Origin: Moniliella sp. 'wahieum'
Lineage: Eukaryota
Assembly (NCBI GenBank): GCA_003971905.1
Contig: RSEE01000006.1
Coordinates: 62,001-126,000, forward strand
Direction: 5' to 3'
DNA: 64,000 bases
Part shown: in pieces, positions 38,088 through 51,328 of the stretch
Layout of the letters: each line of letters opens with the position of its first letter
Position numbering within the stretch: position 1 is the stretch's first letter
Translations under genes and position numbers: made by a program
The notes under the pieces: model-generated
Seen by the model: the letters and a program-made list of their open reading frames with translations, nothing else
Told to the model about the DNA's origin: nothing
Databases searched by the model: none

Positions 38088-40594
38088 GCGTACTTGGAAT
38101 GGCTATTGAGCCACCCTGCTCGCCCGCCGCCTTGCCCAAAGAAGCTGACGCGCAACGTGTGACCCCGAGTAACCCACAAGAGCGCGGATCGCACCTCTAC
38201 ATCCGCATTCCCAAACCGTCCGAATCGAGGGTGGCTCAGCAGGCCAAACGTGCGCCGTTACACCCAGCCTCTGATGCTACCCCGCCACCTATCAACCCAA
38301 GTACCTTGGAAGCGCGCAACTGCACACGGCAGGGCATACCTTTCGCCTGGTTGGGGACACGCGGGCGCCGCACATCATGGTTCGGATTGCACCGCTGCTC
38401 AGTTTCCGTCGTGGCGAGAAACATGGGATTCAGCTTGTGCTTTGGCGCTGTCCCTCCTCCTGGAGCTGGCGCGCCCGATGGAGCGAGCTCAGCGTGGTGG
38501 GTGGGGCTGGAGGGGAGGGCACAACGGCAGAACGTCGTGCAAACAAACAAAAAGCTCTCGCGGGAACGGAGGGATGTGCGCGCGTGCGCTGTAGCTTAAT
38601 GGTGTGCTGATAGGAAATGATTAATCTATTTCATGACCATCGACCATTTGCCTCTGTTGACATCGTGTAGCTGATCCTCGATCATCTCGATCTAGCTGTC
38701 GGTGAGGATGCCAGGGGGGAGGGGGAAGGGATGAAGGCAAACAGATTATCTATAGAGACGCCGGGCTCTGGCACATTTTTGAGTATCTGGCCAGAGGGTT
38801 GGATCGATGGGGGTCGGGTGGGTTGCGACGGGGGCGGATGTGGATGGGGAAGGAGGTGGGGGAAGGAGAGCAAGTGTCGGTCGGACGGGACAATCGATCT
38901 GATCCGTCAGAATACTCCAGCACTCGATCGTGCAACAGAGAGAACTCTGGAAGCGCAGCTGCGGGGGGGGGCAGGAGCAGCATATGCCAGCGGAGGCGTG
39001 CTGGTGACACGCCAGAGTTCGCTGTGTGCTGTGTGGCAGGCATGGGATGGGGGATGGAGCGCAATGAATGGAAGGAATTGAACGAATGGAAGGCATGGAA
39101 GGCATGGAAGGAATGGATGTGGATGAGGCCGAGGCCTGAGGATAAGGAGAACTGTGGTGGTGAATTCGGTCGGCGCACCAATATGCAATTTCAATTCGAT
39201 TCGATGCTGATCCTACGTCACGCGTCACGCGTCATGCGTCATACACGTCATGCAGACTGCGTAACGCGTTCCTCAGAAGAATGCGGCCGCCTGCGACAGC
39301 TGCTCAGCGATGAGGCTCATCGAGCTCATCGATCATCGCACTTGCCGCCAAGAGTCGCGAGAAGAGACTGAGCACGCTGAGCTCGGCGCTGAGCCTGAGC
39401 GCTGAGACCGTGGCAGGTTCTGAGAGGCTGAGAGCCTGAGTTCTGAATTCTGAATCTGGATCTGAGATCTGACCGGTGACCGGTGACCCCGCATTTCCTC
39501 CCCCAGACACTGTCATATGCTCGCGTTCAATTCGATAACCGGTAAAATCACAATGGCCCCTCAGTCTATGATCGCCTTCCAATTGTTGCCCTTATTTGGC
39601 CCCTGGGTCGGCTTGAGACCGTCAGTACATATGCCGTTACGCAGTATACTTGTCAGTAAGTACTAAGTGCTAAGTGCTAAGTACTAAGTGGCATACCCAG
39701 TAGCGTCATACAGTGTAGAGCGCCTCAGCGGCCTCGGCCTCAGCACCTCGGCACCACACCCCCATCACTTCATCACTCCTGCATACCGCGCGCCGCTCTG
39801 AAGCGCGCTTGTTGCTGTTAGTACCAGTGTGCGATGTCAGTAATACATGTCAGTACTCAGGTATTCAGTCTTACTAGTTACTCAGCACCACAACGGTATT
39901 CCCCACGGGGGGCGGGCGAACGAGTGTGATCGGTGATCGGAAGCTCGGCAGGCTCGGCCGGCCGGGCGGGGAGAGCTGCCATTCTGTATTCGACGTCCAC
40001 ATATGTTCGCAATCATTAATCATTGTACTCCAGTTGCTGGATCAGCCCGTGGATGTGGGGATGGGTAGCGCCACCGACCAGACGAGGGTAGTAATGTCAT
40101 CAAGTTTTGCTATAAAGACGCGTCCTCATCCGTCGTAACCATCACCAGCAGCCTCCTTTCTTTTGCGACACGCCCGCTATCCCGGCTACTACTTTTGTGC
40201 AGCTGCTAGGGCACGCCTCTCCTTCCTCTTTTCGCTTCCTCTTCCCTTCAGCCTCAGCGCTTCTTGTTATATTGACGCTCGAGCCCGCCGTCTGTATCCC
40301 TACCTAGGCAACCCAGCGCCTCAGCACGGCACACACACAGCACAGCACAGCACGCAGCCTAACACAATCCCCCCTGATTATTGGACCACCTTTTTTCTTC
40401 ACGCCCCCCCCCGCCTCTATCCTATTACTTGCTCCCATCCCCATCGCCATTGCCACCATCACCAACCGCATTCAGATCCACATCCATCTCTGCATCTGCA
40501 TCGCCGTCCTTTGCTTCATTTTCAGTGTTGTATCTGTACCCTTACCCTCCAACACCCCGCCATCCCCATTCGTCATCTGGCATCTGTTCCCATC

Positions 40595-43592
40595 ATGTCA
40601 ACACTCGACCCCCTCGGCCGCCCAGCCTCTGTCATCGTCCCTGACAATCATGCACCTCAACCGCGCCCTCATCCGGACGGGACCTGGGGCCTGTACCACC
40701 CCAACCTCGCCATGTACCCCATCCTCCCAACCCCCAATACGCCCTCTCTCGTTGTACGCCGCATCACCGCCGCCCAGTACGCGTCCCTTCAAGCCCAGTT
40801 CGACCAAACCGATGTGCCTGGACCCATTGTCTTCCCTTGGCTCTATGGCGCAAACCAACACGAGTGCACCCCCCAACTTGCCCATCATTTGCATACGGGC
40901 CCGCAGGGCGTAGCGCCCCCCAAGTTCCGTGGTATGGTCACTCTTCGTGCCGACATGCCCGCACCGCAAGACACCATCTTCGTACTTCCACCTCCTCACG
41001 TCCCTATCCCTACCTCTTCCACTCCAGTTGGCCCTTTCTCAGAGGAGGGGGAGGGGAGGAGGGATGTTTCCGAACGAGTCCGACCCAGTGGGGAGCGCAC
41101 GGGTCCATCAGTACGCTTGCCTCGTCCATTGACAGCCTCAGTCGGTGTTCGGGCCTGTTGTCGCTCGGGGAACGCGCCAGTCTGGGGTCGACGACCAGTG
41201 CGGAGAGTGAAAGCGAATGCGTTTCGCCCGCGTCCAAAGCGGCCGAGCTGGACGAAAGCAAGGAGCAAGAGCCGTGGTCGTGCGACATGGCGTCCGACAC
41301 AGCCTTAGCTGATTCGGCATCTCCTCTTTCTGGCGCTCCCTTCTTGTCCCTGCACATTCAAGAGTTGGTGTGCCACTCGTGCGGCTTGGCCGGGGGTGAA
41401 GAGGATGCATATATCCCGCAGCCAAGTCATTCCTTTTATTGGATACTTCCGATGCACGAAGGATTCTCTATGCCCCGGCTGACACTGGCAAACGATTGGG
41501 GAAGTCAGCTTCGAATGCTGGTTTTCAGACCGGCAAATGCGAGGATCACACTTACACGGACACACAGAGCATGTCCGCCCGTTTTCTTCCCATGGCTAAA
41601 CCCCTGAAGCAAGATTTTACCCATCACCTGCGCAATTTTGCAGGACAGCACACGCTTTTCTCGCGTCTCTCTGATATCTTCATCTACTGTCCTGCGGGCC
41701 TTCACAGTGGCATGCTTGAACTTGCGCAGTGGGTTGCACAAGCTCAGCAGGCTCATCGGCGTGAAATCGCTTCAGTGTGGGGCGAAGCGGGAGCGTCGAT
41801 GGAGTACAATGTGTTTGTCATTGAGGATCCATTTGATGCGTTTGAGCGCCATTTTCCCTCGCTCCTCGAGATTGGCGCCAACGGAGAGGTGCATCGTTCT
41901 CTCGATTTTACCGAGGACGAACACGAACTGTTGCGCTTGCTCTCGCAAGCTACGGAAGTGACACCTAACGTATTCGTACGTCCCCCCCCCCAGAACGGAA
42001 AGTTAAGAGAACAAGGATACTAACAGTGGTTTACTTTTCTTAGATTGGCGGTCCTGGCGATGCACCCCAAAGGTACTCTGATGAAGGAGAGCACCAGGTG
42101 GCCAACCAAGCTGGATACGCGATTGTCATCCGTGCCGAGCACGGCGTTAGTACGGCGGGCCCGAAACACCTACGCCATTCTACTCGGTACTTGGATGAAA
42201 CGGAGGCACACGTGACGCAGGCGCTCTTGGAAGACCATTGGGAGGTGAGCGGGACAAGAGATGACGCCGTCTCGGTCCCAGCAGATGAAGTGACAGCATC
42301 CTGCCAACGCTACTGCCAGAGCGGCGGTCCTTTGAGTGAGCTGTATTGTACCGCCTCTGCTCCCACTGACTCGGTGGAGGTGGACAAAGTGATCGATTTG
42401 GTCTTGTGGCTACACCGTATGACCGAACCTGATTTCTTTGTCAGCCAGCAAGATGCCGGTCTGTGGCGGGCCTCGTCCGTTTTGCCTCCGACGCACAGCC
42501 AATGGAGCAAAAAGATTCTGATTTACTCAGAGGATGGGTACATGGGCACAGCAGTATTGATGCTTACCTGGCTCATGTATCGCCACTCTTTCAACCTGCC
42601 TCGCTCTATTGTCTTTGCCCATAACGAGGCTCGCCGCGAATTTCACCTTGAACCTGCCCAGATGCTGTTTCTGCGTTCCATCGAGGCACGGTTGCATGAA
42701 CGTCTGTGTCTCGGCTTGGCTCCCACGAGGCGGGCAAGGCTGGCCAGCCGCCACCGTTCCCATCGCCACGCTCGGGCTTCTTTGACGGACGGTCAAATCG
42801 CTGAGGAGTGTGTCCACCTTTGGAGTGCATCCTTTTTGTGCCCTCCTTTAGAGGAGGATGTGATCACAGAGGGGGAGTGGCTCAACCACCCTCACTTTAC
42901 TGGCTCGCTTGCCTCTCGCATCCTGCCCAATCTTATCTCGGGGGATGGAGCACGCTTCCAACCCGGGGATGCTCTGTGCCCAGGGGATCACTCATGTTCT
43001 CTCCGTGGGCGAGTCACCTCTGAGCCAATCCATTCAGGATCAGGATGACGTGACCAACGCCGACCGGCCCGACCCAAACACGCTCTGGGGCGCCTACACA
43101 CTGGGATTGGTGGACGTGTGTGAAATTCCGAGTCTGCCCGACGACGGTCTCCAACCATTGGCCGGCGTCTTGGCCCCGGCCGTCGACTACATTCACTCAA
43201 GCATACAGCAAGGCGGTACGGTGCTGGTGCACTGCCATGCGGGCGTCAGCCGTAGCGTGACGGTCCTCTTGGCCTACCTCATGGCCCATCGGGGGGTATC
43301 GCTGGAGGATGCGTACTCTTACACTCGCTCCCGTCGTCTTGCCGTGCTCATCCAGCCCACTCTACTCTTCTTTTGGGAACTGCGCAATTGGCAACTCCAG
43401 TGGGCCCGGAGCCAGGCACTCGCTACCACGGATCCGAACAACCCGAACGAGAACGATCCTGCCTCCCACTCGGACGAGTCGGTCATTGCACCTCACGACT
43501 CGCTCCCCTCCGGCCCCGCTCTGCGTCCCTCTTGGTTGTCTTTGGCGTCATTGGTGGCCAAAGCCAATGTACGGTACGGATACCTTGCCTAA
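40595..43592 (+). CDS. PPS1: PPS1-like dual-specificity protein phosphatase; intron about 41977-42043; frameshifted
   Basis: IVFPWLYG, LRNFAGQ...RLSDIFIY, a degenerate first DSP loop KILIYSEDGY, SRILPNL, DDGLQPL, catalytic VLVHCHAGVSRS, and RSRRLAVLIQP. Confidence 0.85.
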
Positions 43593-44481
43593 AAGGGGGT
43601 TCTGCTGGCAAACGCCTGTGTCCCGTAGAGGGTCAGTTTTTTTGCCTCCCCACACACCCGTGCATCCCTTTGTATACTGTTGTTCTTTCCATACCCGTCT
43701 CACCTTTTTTTTTTTTCTCTCGATCACCACGCATGTCTTTCTTGTTCTGGGCCATATCTCCCTCCCCCTTGGCATTCTCTCTTTGTACTCATGCGACGTT
43801 CATATCTGCTGCAGTTTTGCCATGCTGCTTTTCGCTTGGCACCTTTTGCATTTCCCCTTCTGCATACGTTTCTTTTCTCTCATCCATCCTCATTTTTAGG
43901 TCACCAGTCACCGTTCATCAAGGTAAACTGCAGTCCCAAGTGGCAGCCAAGCCGAAGCCTGACCCGGTCAGGTCTGCCTGTACCTACTACTGTGTTAGAG
44001 TGAGCACTAGGGCGGCTTTCGAACAGAAGTACTACGAGCTCAAACCGTCGACTTAGTCTGTCCTCCGTAGCACTGCTCACTGACCAATCCAACAGCCCAT
44101 GTCGTAGAGCGATTCCACCGAGCCAAAACCAACTCTATTGCAACACACGGAAGAGGCAAGCGGCATAGAGGGTTGAATGATACCAGCCGTGCCAAACCGC
44201 CTCGGCTCGTAGCGGCATAGGGATCCTAGGGAGATGAGCACCAGCGATCCAAACACGTGCTCCGTCCGTATTGGCAACAGATCACCATCGCGTACAGAGG
44301 CGTGCCCACAAAGGTACGTCGGCAGCGCAGATGACCGCGTATTTTGGGAAGGGGAGGGCGGTATGATGGAGAATGGGTTAACGGGGGCGAAGGTGAGGGT
44401 GAGGAACGGCGGTAGCAAGCGCTGCTGAGTCGGCGAGTAGGCCAAGGAAGCAACAAGGAGACAACTTGATTCCTTGTTTGT

Positions 44482-44958
44482 TTACTCGTCATCGTCCTCC
44501 TCCTCCTCCTCCTCGGACCTCCTCAGACTCCTCCTCGGCCTGCTTCTCGAGGCAAGCAACAGCAATGCGGTCAAGGTCACGCATGCCATCCTGCGAGATG
44601 CGGCGGCCGCCCTTGGGGTCCTTCTCCAGCACACCAATGCTCTCCAAAGCTTGGACGACCTTGCGCTGCACCGAGCCCGAAGCGTCGGCGTGCTTCGGGG
44701 GCGGTACCCACGGTTCTGCGCGCCACCCTGGTACTTCTGCAGCGCGCCAATGCCGACGCTCTTGCGCAGGTAAATGTGGCGGGCAACCGCGGCAGCGCGG
44801 ACGTAGAACCACGTCTCGTCGTACGGAGCAAGCTCCTTGTAGGCACCCGTCTTGACAATGTCAACCCAGGTGGGCAGCTCGATCTTGCCCGAGCGGCGGA
44901 GGTGCTCGGCGTACTCCTGGATGAACAGGTCGGCAGCAACGTCACGAACGTTAGGCAT
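44482..44958 (-). CDS. RPS19: 40S ribosomal protein S19 (eS19); one indel near 44700
   Basis: MPNVRDVAAD...PTWVDIVKTGAYKELAPYDETWFYVRAAAVARHIYLRK and GGRRISQDGMRDLDRIA. Confidence 0.97.
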   Translation of the reverse strand: MPNVRDVAADLFIQEYAEHLRRSGKIELPTWVDIVKTGAYKELAPYDETWFYVRAAAVARHIYLRKSVGIGALQKYQGGAQNRGYRPRSTPTLRARCSARSSKLWRALVCWRRTPRAAAASRRMACVTLTALLLLASRSRPRRSLRRSEEEEEEDDDE

Positions 44959-46859
44959 GGTGGCTGGGCAGCGGGCCAACAGGTCAGTCAGACGAGGAAC
45001 GGAGACAGGCACACCACACGCGTGGCCGTCGCATGGAGGATTGCACGACGACCCGGCCAAGGCGAGGAGAGGGGGGGACGCACTGAGTAGTGTGGTAGCT
45101 TGGCGGCAACGGGGAACCTCTTGTCGTCAGCGGCAAGCAAACAGCAGATGGCACGTCCAAGGACCCAGGCGGGGACGGGTCGGGTTGCGGCCATTTTCTT
45201 CCGCCATGTGCCGCAGCATTTAGTAGGGTTATATTCTTGGCTCTTTGGACCCTGCCTTGCCTGTCCAAGCAATGTCTCTGGCCAGGCCAACGGTCGATGC
45301 ACGCAGTTTCAAATTGCAAAACAAACTTCCCTGCCCCTATTCCGCCCTCGACGGCGGAAGGGAGAAAGAAGTGGGAATGCGGTTGGGGGGGGGGCATACG
45401 AGGGTATATATACGCAACCACACGCAATCACCGAGGCGGCAAACACAATTGTCCTGGGCGGGCCCCGGATTGGAGCCCGACCCACAGTTTAGGAGTGCCT
45501 CCCCATGGAGGAAAATTCACTCACGGTTGATCGAGCTGAATGCTCATAATGGACCTGAACGGAGCTAGAGACGAGGTGAGGCCTTTGAATTGTCGATGTG
45601 TTGGCTCGGGTAACCTTGATCACCGACGGTACGAGCAACCAAGCGCGTCCCTGTAGCCTGAACGATTTGCCGGAATGTTGATGTGGACTCAAAATAAAAT
45701 CAGAGTAGGACAGGTCCTGTTGCTGGAACAACTCAACTTTCGAATAAGGGTGTTGCGGGATCCGTACAGAAGAGACTGACTGTTGGCGGCGATCAAACAC
45801 TGAGCAATAACGGATGCCGGTCGAAAAGAGACTGATCGTGGAAGACAAAGAGGTGTGGTGGCTGAGGAATCTGGTTGGCTGGACAGCTAGAGAACTAGGA
45901 CAAAGGCGGAAGTGACTTTTGGGTTAAAGGGGGATTGCTGAAAGGATGTTGATATTACAACACGACCACAGCTAATACGGGGAAAGAACAATATATAGAT
46001 CGAAGGGCATATACAAACAAGAACTATCATACGGGATAGAAAACACAAAACGGATTATATACAGAGGAAGGAATCAAGGCCAATGGCCCTCAGAAATGAG
46101 TGCCGACCAAAAGTAAAAAGACACCCACACTCAGATGGGAACGGGAGCCGTCAAGCACCAAAAAGGTTCTCTCAATAAAGTGAAGAAGGGCAGGTTTTCG
46201 GCTGTAAGCCAGGATGAACGAGAAAAGCATTGCTGTTACATGTCTTCTGGCAGTATGCAGTAGCACGACGGAAGCACCACGTGGAGCGTACACACGCCTC
46301 TGCGGGATGGGGGTGGACTACAACATAAGAGGATCGGGTTCGAAGGGAGCCCCAAGGTTGCGTTCCGGAAGGTGGCCCTCAAGGAGGCGCAGCCAGGTTT
46401 TGTGTGGAACGCAGCAAAGGGAAAATGAGCCGATGCATCGAGACTGCTGTGGGGTGGGGTCGATGGTGCAAGCGGATTGCGATAAGAAAGTGCCATAAGC
46501 AAAAGTGTCAGGGATACACTCGGACATTTTTGTTCCCTCTGGCCGCAACACACACGGGTACAACGTCCTCAAGAATGCTGAGAATATGTTCGAGGACTCG
46601 CGGTTGTGTGGAAGGAGAGCTTGCTGAAGAGAGTTTCATTGCCGAGAGATGTTTCGATCATCGATCATCGATCATCGCTCATCACATATTAATCTACAGC
46701 ACGCTCTTCCATATCCACTACTCGTATTACATCCAGTTTGGAAGCGAATGGTGGGAGTCAGAGGGTTCTGACCTGCTGGCGGCTCCCTTGGTTCCCTAAA
46801 CGCGGTTCGGCGCGATAGGCAACACATGCCGCCGGATGTTGATGAGCGCGCTGAAGCAT

Positions 46860-46914
46860 GAAGCTTGAAGCTTGAAGCTTGAAGCTTGAAGCTTGAAGCT
46901 TGAAGCTTAAGCTT
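46860..46914. repeat. 7-bp tandem repeat (GAAGCTT)x7 plus AAGCTT
   Basis: Seen directly; eight consecutive palindromic AAGCTT hexamers about 500 bp upstream of ADE4. Confidence 0.95.
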
Positions 46915-47411
46915 TCTGTAAATGATATGGCCACAACAGTGCTTGTCGATCTAAACTGACAGTTTTACATTGCAACCGTAGCATGACTTGACCAACACCG
47001 CGCGTTTGGCCAGCGTCTCTCGTCGACCTCATCGCATTGGCCCTTCGAAGGGATACGGGATGGTGCACTAGTGTGTTGGGTGGATATGGGCTTGCCATGA
47101 ACCGACGAACGTACCTAGCCCAGGCCCACCCTGGCACCCCCCAGGAACGTGGCGCACACCGTTCCGCCGCCCTGGGGTAAACGTAGCAAACGTAATCGTA
47201 ATCGCACTTACCATTCCGCCGTGGCTGCAAAAATAAAACGCCGGCGGCAGCATGCAGTTCGGCACTGTCTTTTTTTCCTGGCCGGAGAGAAAACACATGG
47301 TCGGCAAGTGGCGGCGACTGGTCTTGGTCTTGGTCTTCTGCCGCCCCCAACGTCGCCGCCCCCTTGGTCTCTCTGCCACCTCCCCCTCGCCTTTCCCCCT
47401 TTCCCCCGACA

Positions 47412-49129
47412 ATGTGTGGCATTATGGCTTTGCTTGGCGCAGCAGCACCAGCCTGCTGCGCCCGAGCTCAACGAGGGCCTGTCGCTCCTTCAGCACCGTG
47501 GCCAGGACGCGGCTGGCATTGTGACCTGTGGTCCGCGCGGCCGCTTTTTCCAATGCAAGGGCAACGGCATGGTGCGCGACGTGTTTGATGCCTCGGCCCT
47601 CAGCCGCCTGGGGCAGCATGGGCATTGGCCATGTCCGCTACCCCACCGCTGGCTCGTCGAACCACGCCGAAGCCCAGCCGTTCTACGTCAACTCTCCGTA
47701 CGGCATCACTTTTGCGCACAATGGCAACCTGGTCAACACTGCCGAGCTGCAGCAGTTCCTTGACGCCGATGCGCACCGGCACATCAACACCGACTCGGAC
47801 TCGGAACTGCTGCTCAACATCCTCGCCAACAACCTCCAGGAAACGGGCAAGTTCCGTATCAATGAGGAGGACATTTTCATGCGATTGGGGGCCTGATGCG
47901 CGATGCGCACGGCGGCTATGCATGTGTGGCCATGCTGGCTGGATTTGGCATCATTGCCTTCCGTGATCCCAAGGATCCGTCCGGTGGGCATGTGCACCCG
48001 TCGCAGCGACGAGGCGACTGAGGGCACGCCGCTTGCCCAGCTGCACACACGGCCAAGGACTTTTGCTTCACTTCCGAGTCGGTGGTGAGCGATGCGCTTG
48101 GGTTTGAGGACTATGAGGACCTCAAGCCGGTGAGGCGGTGATCATTACCCGCTCCCAGGTTAGCCGCCGTGTGCTGACGCCCCAGCCAACCGCGAAAAAA
48201 CACCTACTCGTTTGCCCCGGAATTTTCGAGTATGTTACTTTGCCCGGCCCGACTCGTGTGATCGATGGAGTGAGCGTCTACCGTGCCCGGATGGCGATGG
48301 GCGACAAGCTGGCGGAGACGGTGAGTCGCACCCTGGCTGCGACGGGGGAGACGGTGGATGTGGTGGTGCCGGTACGGACACGTCGCGTGTGGCGGCGCTG
48401 CAGTTGGCGCAGAAGTTGCGGCTTCCGTATCGCGAGGGCTTATCAAGAACCGGTATGTGGGCCGGACGTTCATCATGCCGGGCCAAGATGTGCGGCGGAA
48501 GAACGTGCGGAAAAAGTTGAATGCAATGGCGCTCGAGTTTGCCGGCAAGAATGTGATGTTGTCGACGACTCGATCGTGCGTGGCACAACGTCCAAGGAGA
48601 TCATCCAGATGGCGCGCGATGCCGGGGCCAAGAAGGTGATCATGGCATCGTGCGCGCCGCCGATCCGGTACCCGAACGTATACGGGATCGACATGCCGTC
48701 GCGCGCTGAGCTGGTGGCGCATGGCCGTAGCGATCCGAGTGGGCGACTACATCCACGCGGACCAGGTCATCTACCAGTCGCTGGAGGACCTGATCGATGC
48801 GGTGCAGGCCTGAACCCGGAGCTGAAGCAGTTTGACTGCTCGGTGTTTGACGGGCGCTACGTGACGGGGGATGTGGACACAAGTACCTGGAGCACCTCGA
48901 GCTGCTGCGCTCGGAGAACACCAAGCTCAAGAAGCAGCTGGCGGCGGTGAGCTATGGGCGCTGCCGCGGCGTCGAGCAACCGCTGCTGCTGCCGGTGTCG
49001 GGGACGCTGATGACGCCGACGGGGAGGAGAAGAAGGCGGAGGCGGGGGTGCCGCGGCGGGTGCGGCGCCATCAGCTCGAACGGGCACAAGGGGGAGGATC
49101 TGGGGCTGTACAATGGCTATTCGCAGTGA
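47412..49129 (+). CDS. ADE4: Amidophosphoribosyltransferase; frameshifted
   Basis: N-terminal MCGI (Ntn Cys), [33 protein letters not shown] loop [11 protein letters not shown] and YGIDMP. Confidence 0.96.
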
Positions 49130-49978
49130 GTGCGCTGGGGGTGCTGTCGTTAATCAATGGGTGGGCCGCATTGTGTGTTTTTGTCTGTGTGTGAGTGTGT
49201 GTGCAAGGGGGCTAGGCCTTAAGAGGGGGTGAGGGGCATGTGACATGTGACATGTGACATGTGATGGGGGCGTGGGACACGCGTGTTCCGCGGGCAGGCG
49301 GAACTAGCTGAGGTAAGCACACGGGGGGCGCGCGCAGGGCGTCTGTTTGGTAATGCTCAGCTCAGCCATCCTCTGCTCGTCCACCGGCCTCCGCCTCCGC
49401 CCGTTAGGTCAGCCTGCCATGCCAGCCCAGCCGCCCCGACGCGTCCGCGCGCGCTGCCACCAGCCCCCGCCGCCGCCGCCGCGCCCCCCGACACGCCGCC
49501 ACCACCCCGCCCCACCGCCACCGCCGCCGCTGCCCCCGCCGCTGCTGCCGACGCCCCGCCCCCCCGCTCCTCCTTCCTCCGACCCCGCGCCCCCCTCCTC
49601 GCCCCCGCCCCCCTCCTCTCCCCTCCCCCCCTCCGCTCCTCGACGCGTCCCCCCCGCCGCGACCCACTGCCTCCCCCGGTCGCCTCCCCGCAGCTGAGGG
49701 ATGCCGCCTCGCCGCCCCGCCCCGCGCTAGGCACCCCGCCTCCGCCCGACGCCGCCCCGCCCAGCCCAGCGACGCGTCGCACCCTGGGCCTGCCGACGCC
49801 GACGCGTCGCATCTGCCTGCCCCGGCCGACGCGCCCATCGAGCCCCACAACGCCCCCGAGACCGGTGACCCCAACCAAGCTGCGATCTCCGCGCCTCCCC
49901 CGCCGCCCCGGCTCCGGCGCCGGCCTCTGGTCCCCTCGCCGCGTGCCGTGCGTGCCGACCCACACCCGCTCGCCCGAG

Positions 49979-51120
49979 ATGCAGTCCCCCTCGTTGGGCC
50001 CCCCCTACTGCGGCCGCCGAGCCAGGCTCAGTGGTCCATTCGTCTGCTGTGCCCTCAACGGCCGACCAGAACGCGTGGATTTACTCTACGTGGGCTCGCA
50101 CGAGATGGACGGCGTGGCGCAAGCTGCCGCGGTCGCTGCTGCTGCCGCTGCGGCCGCGTCGGCGTCCGGGCAGGTGGGCAGTTCGCACCCCCCAAGCATG
50201 GAGCTGGCCCATGCGCATGCCCAGCCGGGTCCTTCTCAACCGAAGAAACGTCGTCCCACCGACCCGTCCAAGCGCGCCGAGCAGAACCGTGTGGCCCAGC
50301 GCAACTTCCGCATGCGACGTGATGCGCGCTTCAAGGTGCTGCAAGAACAGGCGGCTCAACTGGCCCGCTTGACGCAGGAGAATATGCAGATGCAAGGACG
50401 GTGGGCGGAACTGCTGTCGCTGTCGAACAAGTTGCGTTCGGACAACCATGCGCTACGCGTGACCATGGCCACGCTTGCCCAACAGCGCCAAACCACATCG
50501 CAAGAAGCCATTGAGGCTGTGCTGCGCACTGTCCAGGGCAAGGAGGTCCAGGCTCATGTCCAGGCCCAGTCCAGGCTCAGGTCCAGCTTCAACCACAAGC
50601 TCCTCCTTCTCCCCCGCCTGCCCACGGGCGCAACTGACACTGTTAACCCCCGCCGTCTCGGCCAGCCCGGCCCCGCACGTCGACCGACGACGCCCCCAGC
50701 GGATCCGCCGAGACGCGCAAACCAATTGTTGAACCTCGAGGGCCAACCCGAACTGCCGCACTTGTTTGGTTCGGCATTGGGCTCGACCGATCCGCAGCCC
50801 AGCCTTCAGCTACCTCGGCCCCTGGCGCTGGCGTAGGCGTAGGCGTCGCGAAGGTGTAGGCGAAGGTGTGCCTGGAGAAGGCGATACCAACGAAGCCTTG
50901 CGCAACCTCATGGCCGCTGCCATGTCGGCGCCCCGGGCCCGAACGGAGCGAAGAACCGGACGAATCGCGGAAACGTAAGGCCACCTCGCCGCCCCCGGCC
51001 GACACGGACGACTCTCACCGGCCTCGCTCCCCCCGAGGCAATGCAAGACGCCCCCCCGTCCAGGCTCCGCCCCTTCGGCTTAAGCTCCCACCTTGCCTGT
51101 TCCCCTGGCTAGGGCCCTAG
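49979..51120 (+). CDS. bZIP transcription factor (AP-1/Yap/KapC-like basic region); start uncertain (49979 or 50105)
   Basis: KKRRPTDPSKRAEQNRVAQRNFRMRR followed by a heptad leucine zipper. Confidence 0.85.
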
Positions 51121-51328
51121 ATGGGCGTTGATGCCTGGGTGGGGGGGGGGTTGTACTAGTGCTTGCGAATGCGAATGTTTCTGACGTGACGCGTGGCTCG
51201 TTGCTATGGTAGACGGGAAACAGACGGGGGTGGAGAGAGCTGCAACTAGAGAAAGGATCTTTACAAGGGGACACAGCGCGTCGGGAGGCAGAGCCAACCA
51301 GGAGAGACAAGGCGGAGGTGGATGTCGA

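Noticed and set aside
49283..49978. Pro-rich N-terminal extension of the bZIP ORF
   Set aside because: It begins at a GTG in C-rich DNA resembling the 5' UTRs of other genes in this window, so it is probably untranslated
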